From an uncultured Planctomycetota bacterium (GTDB lineage Bacteria; Planctomycetota; Planctomycetia; Isosphaerales; Isosphaeraceae), in contig CAWGMQ010000010.1 of assembly GCA_963823665.1 (NCBI GenBank), positions 160,001-224,000 of the forward strand: a DNA stretch of 64,000 nucleotides. Direction: 5' to 3'. The notes under the pieces were generated by a model, which worked only from the letters and a program-made list of their open reading frames with translations, was not told where the DNA came from and ran no database searches. Each line of letters opens with the position of its first letter. Position 1 is the first letter of the stretch. Positions 1 through 8,455 of this stretch are shown here, one piece after another. The translations under genes and the position numbers were made by a program.

Positions 1-253
1 ATTGACTGTCCTTGATCTTCATCGCTTCCAGGTTCTGGATGATCTTTGCCGTGTCCTCTTTACGGTTCAAATTGCTCTCGGAAGCCTTCGTCGCCGCCTT
101 GATCTTGTCCGGGTCGGTGTCGATCGTCTCCTTCTTCGCGGCCAGCCCGATACAGAAGATAAACAACGCCGAGGCCACGGCCACACCCAGCTTCTCGCCG
201 TGGCGCAGCCCAAAGTCCTGGAGTTTTTCGGCGATCGCGTTTGCGTTGGCCAT
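1..253 (-). CDS. 5' part of a membrane-anchored protein in the pil operon (runs off window start)
   Basis: ATG at 253; reads MANANAIAEKLQDFGLRHGEKLGVAVASALFIFCIGLAAKKETIDTDPDKIK... with one TM segment and no stop before position 1; follows 306..2207 on the same strand. Confidence 0.7.
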   Translation of the reverse strand, partial: MANANAIAEKLQDFGLRHGEKLGVAVASALFIFCIGLAAKKETIDTDPDKIKAATKASESNLNRKEDTAKIIQNLEAMKIKDSQ

Positions 254-305
254 GCCCGCATCTCCTCGTCACTGGTCCAGAATTCGGTAAGATTCCAAAA
301 ATCGA

Positions 306-2207
306 TCAAGGCTTGGTTTCCGACCCCTTGCCAGGGGCCGCATCACTCTTCGTGGCAGGCGCGGCCGGCTTCTCCGATCCCGCCGGCTCCCCCTTGGCCG
401 CATCAGCCGCGGTTCCCTTGGCTTTTTCAGGCGCAGTCGCCTTGGCTGCATCGGGCGCAGTCGTTTTCGTCGTATCAGGTGCGGCTAGCGCGCCCTTCGC
501 GCTCTCCGCCGCCTTGGAATCCGGTGCACTCGCCTTCGCGGCCGAAGTCGCATCCTTGGAATCAGGTGCAACGTCCGCCGCTGCCGTCTTGCCCGGTGCT
601 TCCGCTTTCTCGGCGGCTCCGCCCGCCTTCCCTTGAGCTTGCCCGCCCTTCGCCGCTTCGTCCGCCGCAGGGCTCTCCGCACCCGTAGCCGCTTGGCTCG
701 TGCTTGGCTCAGGAGCCGCCTCGGCCGGCGGAGCATTGAAGAACCGGGCCTGCCCATACACCTTCACCTGCACGAGATCAAAGTACGCGTCCGTGTACAC
801 CGGCCCCTTGGCCGACTCGATCTGCTTCTGCGTTTGATCGCGCGTGCCCTTGCGATCCTCACGTCGCTTGTCCGTCCCCTTCTTCACTTTTCCCGCCGGC
901 GCACCCCCGGCCCCCGATCCAGATCCCGCCATGTTCGCCATGCCGCCCATCATTCGTGAGTTCTGCTCCTGCATCATCTGCATCTGCTGCATCTGGCTGG
1001 CCATGCCGCCCATGCCGACCATGCCGCCCATATTCATACCGCCCATGCCGCCCATGCGTCCGCCACCTCCGCCGAACATCCCGAACGATGCCGCCGCGTC
1101 ACCCTTCTCGGGCTTGGCGACCTTCATCAGCGGGCGCGAAAGCTCAAATTCCTTCACCTGGATCGACATCGGCGAGTTCTCCAGCTCGACCAGCAGATCC
1201 TGCACCCGGTCCTGGTCAATCAGCACCGTCACCGCGAACGGGAGAACCTTGTATTTGTCACTCTCCGAGTGCACATAGAAGATGCTCTCCGGCGCTGCCG
1301 CCGAGCTTCCGCCGCCTCCCATACCACCGCCCATACCACCACCGCCCATACCACCGCGGCCGCCCATCATTCCACCGCCTCCTCGGCCGCCCGCCGCCGG
1401 CCCCGCCCCCGCGGTCTCATCCGCTTTCGGCTCCTCGCCCGGCGCGTAAATCCCCTTCGATTCGTCAAGCTTCTCGTTCTTCGCGGCAGATTTCTGGTCC
1501 TGGGAATCAGGGCTGCCGACGTCCAGCCTCAGGATCTGGCGGATGACCGCCTGGTCCCAGCTCTTGGCGTCCTTGTTCACCACCCGGATCACGTCGAGCA
1601 CCGTGTGCTGAATCCACAGCCGTTCCTGCGCGGCCCAGATCTTGCCGAGATCGGGAAGCTTGTCCTCACTGAAGTGTACCGGAAGCAGCAGATCGCCTTC
1701 CGAAGGCGCCGCAACCACGCCTTCGCCGGTCTCGTAGTCAAACGGATCAAACGCCTTGTACACCATGTTCACGTACGCTGGATACGCATAGATGTAGTCG
1801 ACGATCGCCAGCTCGATCGTCTTTGGGCTCACTTTCTCGGGCCACTTCTGACCCCAGGTCTGGAACCGCTCCAGGTTTTCAGGCCATGTCAAGAGCGGCG
1901 CCTGCCGCTCGTAGAGCGTGCGCCACGCCGTGTTCACATCACTCGCCACGACCTTCGTCTTCGATTCGACGATCGGCTTGTATTCCCTGGTTGGAATCTT
2001 TGGATCTTTATATGTTAGTACTTCCTTCTCGGCACCGATGATCGTATCGATCTGTCTCTTCGCCTCCGCCTGCACCGGTCCCGCGCCGACCACATAAGCA
2101 ATCGTCGCAAACAGTGCCGCGATACCCATCGAGATCCAGAACCGATACTTGATGATCTGCCGCAGAACTTCCTTGGCAGTTTCCATTGCGTCGGTTTGAG
2201 AAGCCAT
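306..2207 (-). CDS. PilO-like type IV pilus alignment protein with Gly/Met-rich and Ala/Pro/Lys-rich low-complexity tracts
   Basis: Long ORF directly downstream of pilM; N-terminal TM (YRFWISMGIAALFATIAYVVG); PilO-like segment LPFAVTVLIDQDRVQDLLVELENSPMSIQVKEFEL; start could be 2207 or 2186. Confidence 0.6.
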   Translation of the reverse strand: MASQTDAMETAKEVLRQIIKYRFWISMGIAALFATIAYVVGAGPVQAEAKRQIDTIIGAEKEVLTYKDPKIPTREYKPIVESKTKVVASDVNTAWRTLYERQAPLLTWPENLERFQTWGQKWPEKVSPKTIELAIVDYIYAYPAYVNMVYKAFDPFDYETGEGVVAAPSEGDLLLPVHFSEDKLPDLGKIWAAQERLWIQHTVLDVIRVVNKDAKSWDQAVIRQILRLDVGSPDSQDQKSAAKNEKLDESKGIYAPGEEPKADETAGAGPAAGGRGGGGMMGGRGGMGGGGMGGGMGGGGSSAAAPESIFYVHSESDKYKVLPFAVTVLIDQDRVQDLLVELENSPMSIQVKEFELSRPLMKVAKPEKGDAAASFGMFGGGGGRMGGMGGMNMGGMVGMGGMASQMQQMQMMQEQNSRMMGGMANMAGSGSGAGGAPAGKVKKGTDKRREDRKGTRDQTQKQIESAKGPVYTDAYFDLVQVKVYGQARFFNAPPAEAAPEPSTSQAATGAESPAADEAAKGGQAQGKAGGAAEKAEAPGKTAAADVAPDSKDATSAAKASAPDSKAAESAKGALAAPDTTKTTAPDAAKATAPEKAKGTAADAAKGEPAGSEKPAAPATKSDAAPGKGSETKP

Positions 2208-2258
2208 GGTCGAAATGCGCCTTCCGGTCAAATGAGTGATGGTGAACGGATCTGCTGG

Positions 2259-2375
2259 ACTATTTATTTCGCCGCCGGACCGCCGGACTTCGGTGCTGCC
2301 CCCATTGTCGCCTTTCGCTCCGCGAAAGGATTCACTATTTATTTCACCGCCGGACCGCCCGCCTTCGGTGCGGCA
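2259..2375. repeat. REP-B hairpin (GTCG-CCTTTCGC-TCC-GCGAAAGG) flanked by a ~40 bp direct duplication of the pilM 3' end
   Basis: 2259-2296 vs 2334-2371 match at 35/38; insert 2301-2333 holds the hairpin 2311-2329. Confidence 0.85.
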
Positions 2376-4839
2376 GCCCCCCCCGCCGGAGCCGTCACCC
2401 CGGGCAAGCCCGCCGCAGGCACGCTCCCCGGCGTTCCCGGTGCACCCGGCGCATTCGCCCCCGTCGCCTTCTCGAGCGCCGACTCGAATGCCTTCGACTT
2501 CTTGAGCGACTCCGCTTCAATCGTCTCCTCGAGCTTGGCCGATGTCGGCTCGGTTGCATACGCCTTCTCGGCTTCGCTCAGCTTCTTCGCCTCGTCCTCG
2601 AGCTTCGTCTTCAGCTCCTCGGGAGTCTGCGGCAGCGACTCCGGCTTCACCGGTATCCACACGAATTGCAGCAGGAAGTCGGTCCGCGTCAGCAACCGCA
2701 TGTCCTTCTTCGTGACCGCGCCCGCAGTGCCGCCCCCACCGCCGCCCATCATCCCGCCGCCCATCATCCCGCCGCCCATCATCCCGCGCCCCATTGACGC
2801 GTTCATATCTCGCATCAAGCCCGCGTTCCCCTGGTTGACCTGGCTGCCCATGCCGCCTCCCATCATGCCGCTCCCCATCATGGCGCCGCCGCCGGCGTTG
2901 CGCCTCCCACCCGTGCCCCCTCCGGCTTCCGGACCGCCCCCTTCTGCGGCCGGTGGCGCTCGCCCGGTCGAGCAGCGGCACGGTGTTGCTGGCCAGGTTG
3001 TTGGTCTGTGTCCCCTTGTCGCTCGTCCACTCCCGATCGGGAATCAGCGAGGCGACCGCAATATGGTCCACGCCGAAAAGCCGCAGCGCCGGCACGTTCA
3101 GCTTCGTGAGCACCTTGTCCGTGATGAATTGATACGGCCCGAACTCGACCCGCCGCGGGTCTGTTGGCTCGAGCGCCCGCTGGGCCCGCGACGGATACGG
3201 ATTATAGTGGTGGCACACGAGCTGGATCACCCACCCCTCTCCCGTCGGCGCCGTCTTCGCATCCAACGGATGCATCAGCTTCAAGAACGTGGTGTCGATC
3301 TTGTCGAACCACTCGGCCTTGACGTCGTTACGCCACACCGGCTTGATCGCGTCGATGTGCACGCTGAGCTTCTCGATCGCGGACTGGTCTGCCGGTGCGC
3401 TCGGATCAAGCCCGTAATCGCGCACCGGGTCCGGGAAATACCCGCTGATCGTCTTCAGGAACTGCGGCCACATGGCCCGATCCTTCGGGTCCACGATCAG
3501 CGCCGTTCCTTCGCTGTACTTGGCCTCGAAATCCTTCTTCGCCGCCTCAAAGGCCTGCTTCTGGGCCGCGCCGTTCTTGCTCACGTTCTTCGCCTGGCTC
3601 GACCGCGTCCTTGAACTGCGGCGTGGTAACGCCCGCGAGCACCCGGAAATCACCCAGCGTGAACAGCAGTGTGAGCCCCAGCAGAATGAGCGCCGATGCC
3701 GCCAGCGCCCACGGCTTCTTGGCCCGGATCAGCCGCACTCGCTCGATCTCCGGCGGCAGCAGGTTCGTACTCAGTGCCCCGCGCGATAGGCCCTGGACTC
3801 CCAGCCCGTACGCCACCGCGAACGAGGCAAGGTTGTCCTGGAATTGCGGAGCCGACTTCACTTCGTCACCCAGCAGCTTGTCAAAGCCCTCGAGCTTGCC
3901 GACCTCGTTGCTCAGGTTCTGCTGCAGGAACTTCTGCAAGCCCGGCAGTTTGAAGCCGTTACCCATGCCGACGATCTTCTTGATCTTGGCCGTGCGGTTG
4001 ATGCTCGAATAGAAGCCGATCGACCGGTTGATCTCGCTGGCGAAGTCGTTGAACACCCCACGCATCGCCGTGAAGATCGCCCGCGGATCCGGTGCCTTGG
4101 TCGCGTTCCGCTTCAGGTGTTCGGCCTTCGCGAAGGTGAGCTTCAGCTCTTTGGTAAGTGCCCGCGTGAAGTGATTGCCGCCGATCGGCACGTTTCGCTG
4201 CCAGATCCGGGCGCCGTCCGTGATGATCAGGTCCGTGTTGTCGGCCCCGATGTCCAGCAGAACGATCGAGTCCTTCGACCCGCTCCCCTTCAACTGGTCG
4301 AACGTGACGTAGTTATAAAGCGCGATCGGGCTCATCTGAACCATGTCAACCTCGATCCCCGCCACCGCAAACGGCAGGATCGCCCGGTTGATCTGGTCAC
4401 GCTTCATCGCGAAGAGCCCCACCTCCGCCATCGTGAAATCTTCCTCGTTGACCTCGTCCTCCGTGCCGATCTGCTGGTACGCCCAGACCACCTCATCGAG
4501 CGCAAACGGAATCTGCTGCTTGGCCTCGAACTTGACAATGTCCGGGATCCGCTTCTTCTCGACCGGCGGCAGCTTGATGAACTTCACCAGCCCCGACTGC
4601 CCCGGCACCGCGATCGCCACCTTGCATCCCTTGAGATCATTCCGCTCGGTGAAGGTGGCGAGCGCCTCGCGCACCAGTTCGTCCGGGTCGGCGTCCGGCT
4701 GGCTGAGGATCTTCGGGTATTCGATGAAGTCGAACGCCTCGGCCACCACCTGCTCGGCGGTCTCGCCCGGAACGAGCTTCAGCGCCTTGAGAGCGGCCTG
4801 GCCGATGTCGATGGCCCATACGGCCTGTATCTTAGCCAT
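2339..4839 (-). CDS. pilM: Type IV pilus assembly protein PilM with PilN-like C-terminal fusion; two apparent +1 frameshifts (~3600, ~2960)
   Basis: Actin-like ATPase motifs WAIDIGQAALKAL, LLDIGADNTDL, IGGNHFT, GNGFKLPGL, then NLLP plus TM. ORFs 3547..4839, 2517..3653 and 2339..2881 join into one frame if two single bases are removed (2501-2=2499 nt). Confidence 0.85.
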
Positions 4840-4953
4840 GCGGACGAGCTCCTTTGCAGCATGCGCGACGAAAAGCCAGTGACGCGTCCGATCGCGCTCT
4901 GCGGAACAAGGTTCCCTGATTCAAATCACATTGCTGATTCAGATCACGTTGCT

Positions 4954-5063
4954 GATATTGCTGTTGTGAAACGTCGAACTACCCGATCGACCCAGAGTCG
5001 CCTTTCGCTCCGCGAAAGTGCATCCCGATATTGTTGTTGTGGAACGTGGAACTACCCGATCGA
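4954..5063. repeat. REP-B element (36 bp) flanked by a 37 bp direct duplication
   Basis: gatattgctgttgtgaaacgtcgaactacccgatcga (4954-4990) vs 5027-5063 match at 34/37; insert cccagagtcgcctttcgctccgcgaaagtgcatccc (4991-5026). Confidence 0.85.
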
Positions 5064-5951
5064 GAAAATCGGCGAGATTGTAACAACCTCACGCCGTCCT
5101 CGGCGAGCCCCTACGAGAGACCGCTGGCTTGCCCCGGCTGGTCGAACCCAGACGAAGCCCTCAGCCCGGCGAAGCTGCCCCTCGCCCGAGATCCTTAACC
5201 CTTTTGACGACCCGCTTTCCCAAAAAGTTCCGCGAGGGAATGCGGAATTCCCCCCGGCCGAGTGGCCGGGCGGCTGAATGGGTCAATCCCTGCTGCCGAA
5301 CCAGTTGGTGCGATCGTTCTTGCCGGTGAAGTTTAACACACGTTTCGGCATTCCTCCCCCCACCGTGGGGGAGGTGCCGCCACAGGCGGTGGTGGTGGGG
5401 GGTGCGCAGGCGAATGACCGCGGAGCCCAGCGGCGTTCTTGTCACAGCCACCCTCAGTGGAGGGATCGTCCACAGCGACGGTAGCCCTGGGCTGTTGAAA
5501 ATATGCAGTGTAGCGAGCCGAGATTTCCCGGCGGGAGTATTGCGCCAACTTTCCCCCCCTCGCAAAACAACGGGGGGGTGAAGGGTGTCACCCGCCAGTG
5601 ATCCGATCGCAGCACCTCGCACCAGCGAATGCCCCGCATTTCCCTTTTCCCCGCTTGCAAAGGGGGGGGCCGTCCCGGCGGTCGCGGACCGAGGGTCGCT
5701 CGACCGCATCACTCCCACTCCGTCTCCTACTCCTACCCCTACTCCTCCTCCCCTTTTCCGCCCTCTTGCATTGCCAGAGCCAGCGTGCGCCGAACACAAT
5801 GGCGTATAAAAAAGATCCAAACCTCAAGAATCGCCCGATACTCGCCATCCCCTTCGTTTATAAAGACTTACGCGTGTCGAGGCCATTCGAGCAGATGCCA
5901 CGATTTCGCCCATTTTTCGCTCAAACTCCTTGTCAAAACAGACGTTAAGTG

Positions 5952-6002
5952 CGTGTCGATGTCGTGTCGATGTCGTGTCGAGGCGTGTCGAGAACGTGTC
6001 GA
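5952..6002. repeat. Five tandem CGTGTCGA motifs at 10-11 bp spacing
   Basis: Copies start at 5952, 5963, 5974, 5984, 5995; an isolated copy at 5873. Confidence 0.75.
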
Positions 6003-7279
6003 TGTGTGACGAGAACGATTGCTTGGACAAACCCGCGACCTTACGTTTTCAGCCCCCGGGAGGGGGCAAGAGCACGTAGCCAGGCCCTGGAACTCAAACA
6101 TAGTGAACAACCCGGTGCCATCGATGTGGCAATTTTGCGGTGGCAGCGCCACGAGGGTTTGGCAATCGCCGGAACATACTCACGCAACGCCCGATCCCTA
6201 TATTCGGATTGGACATGCGGAGCAACCGTCTCCACCCTGGATGACTGTTGTGGCGTGGCGCAAAGCGGCGCAAAGCGGCGCGAATTCGAGGGTGTTCCAG
6301 CATCCGTACACCGGTGTAAATTGGCGGATTCCAGCAACCGCCAATGGTCGTCATCCAAAGGTTGTCGAAGCTCGTTCAATGCAGTTGGAATCACGCTCTC
6401 GTCTCCGGATGAATGGATTTGGATAAAGGACCGCGCCGTCATGCTCCCGGCTAGGTCAGGCTTTCTCACGCCGCCCGCGAGCGCACGCGCGGCACCTATC
6501 TAGATGATCTACAAAACCCCCGACCCGTTTGCGCGAAAGATGTGGTATTCGTCCATTTCGAGAGAGATTCCTCCGCCCTCCGCCCTGATTCCCGGCCTTG
6601 GCCCTGATAATCGGGCGAGTTCGTTTTGTAGATTTGACGATGCTCCTTTGCCTGTAAACATTAAGGGAACGCCGGTGATCGCCGTCAGCGTGCCTGGGCT
6701 GGGAGTGGCCGCGTGCCGGTTCCCTGCATTGCCGCAGTCAATCTCCTTTGCGCCGTTCCGCCTTTGTGTGAACTCATCTTCGTCTTCCATCTCAAGAGTC
6801 CGGCACGGCCGAGTCATTCCTGTAACCGGCCTCCGCTTCTTTGCGCCTTTGCGTGAGCTCATCTCCATGTGCAATTTCAAACGAAGAGTACCGGTTGTAA
6901 CGCGTTGATGCCCCCTTTTGTGTGCGCGCTGTGCCACGCGGACGTGCTCCGCAGCCCGACTGGCCTGCTGCCCGGACACCTGGCCAGTCTTTGCCAGCCG
7001 GCAACTCCGTGCCTCACCCGGCAACGCCGCCATGTTCCGTTTCCGATCCTCGATCTTCTTTCCGCATCACGAAAAACTCCCGTTACTGCGCCTGAAAGGA
7101 TGCGGCGATTTGGAGCGAACTCGAGCCACTGGACTGGCGACCGAATCCGATGGAGAATGGTGAACATGCGCCACGTTGGACGCACCCTGACCCCGGCCCC
7201 CCGCTACGATGCAGTGGCCGAACGTTGAGTCCGGCCAGGCTCACAAAGAAAGTAAGATCCGTGTACCAGGATCTCCACG

Positions 7280-8452
7280 ATGAACGATGACAAGCAATCG
7301 GTCCGGCGTTGGAACTTGCTGAAGATGCTTTCGTCTCGAAGGCACGGCGTCAGTATTGGCGACATGGCCGATGAGATGGCTTCAGGCGAGAAGACGATTC
7401 GTCGCGATCTCGACTTCTTTCGACGACGCGGCGTCCGGCTCACCGAGGAGGTAGCAGATCGCGGCCGAAAGCACTTTAAGCTCGCAAAACTGCCAGCCGA
7501 AGCGGACCACTCGCTCGACTACCTGGAGGCCTACGCGCTTTATGTGAGTCGCGAGTTTCTCGAGCCTCTCGCCGGGACAAATCTGTGGGACTCCGCGCAA
7601 TCCGCCTTCAGGAAAATCAAGTGCTCGTTGAACAACACGGCGCTCAGCTACCTGAGTCAATTCGGAGACATGATCCATCGCACGGTCGCCCGGGCTGACT
7701 ATTCCAAGAAAGCCGAGGTGATCGACGCACTGATGGTCGCGATCGAAGACACACAGGTGGTCAGCGTCGCCTATCAATCATTGAACGCCACCGAGCCAAG
7801 TACGAGAGAGCTGCACCCGCATGGTTTCATGTACAATTTCCGAGCGCTCTACCTGGTCGCCTACGCGCCCGAGCACCGCGCGATCCGCACGTACAAGGTC
7901 AACCGGATCGAGGATGTGCAGCCGACGAAGAAGACATTCGAGAGGCTCGCGAATTTCGACATACGCAAATATCTCGAGGGCTCGTTCGGAGTCCACTCCA
8001 GCTCGGGCGAATGGTTCGATGTCCGCGTGCGATTTGACGCGGTGGTCGCCCGATACGTCTCCGAGACATGCTGGCACCCGACCCAGCGTCTCGTTCCGCA
8101 GCGCGATGGCTCTCTCATCGCCGAGTTTCGCCTGAACACCGCGGAGGAGCTGCGAAGCTGGACCCTCGGCTTTGGTTCGCACGCAACGGTCTTAGAACCG
8201 CTCGCACTCAGAAATTCGTTGCGTGATGAGCTCCGCCGCGCACTGGAATCCTATCCGGACGCCCCGCCCGCAGGCCAGGGCGATTCGACGTGCGACGAAT
8301 CCAAGCCCTCGCCGCTGCGCGACGATCGCGAGACCGCCGAGATGAAGGCCGAAGCCAAACCCAACCGCCAGCAAACCCGCACCAAAATCGCAACGGCGCC
8401 GAAGCGAGAAACCGATCGAGAAAAACCTCGGCTTGCTCCAGAACATGGCTGA
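7280..8452 (+). CDS. HTH-WYL-WCX transcriptional regulator heading the cas operon
   Basis: N-terminal wHTH (SEKTIRRD-like GEKTIRRDL), WYL motif variant ALYLVAY, IRTYKVNRI, WCX-like WTLGFGSHATVLEP; stop 3 nt before cas3. Confidence 0.9.
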   Translation: MNDDKQSVRRWNLLKMLSSRRHGVSIGDMADEMASGEKTIRRDLDFFRRRGVRLTEEVADRGRKHFKLAKLPAEADHSLDYLEAYALYVSREFLEPLAGTNLWDSAQSAFRKIKCSLNNTALSYLSQFGDMIHRTVARADYSKKAEVIDALMVAIEDTQVVSVAYQSLNATEPSTRELHPHGFMYNFRALYLVAYAPEHRAIRTYKVNRIEDVQPTKKTFERLANFDIRKYLEGSFGVHSSSGEWFDVRVRFDAVVARYVSETCWHPTQRLVPQRDGSLIAEFRLNTAEELRSWTLGFGSHATVLEPLALRNSLRDELRRALESYPDAPPAGQGDSTCDESKPSPLRDDRETAEMKAEAKPNRQQTRTKIATAPKRETDREKPRLAPEHG

Positions 8453-8455
8453 TCG

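Noticed and set aside
2196..5277. Long plus-strand ORFs opposite pilM
   Set aside because: Antisense shadows typical of high-GC coding DNA
6019..7228. Several 100-180 aa ORFs in the intergenic region
   Set aside because: No recognisable motifs or RBS; they overlap in conflicting frames and cross repeats
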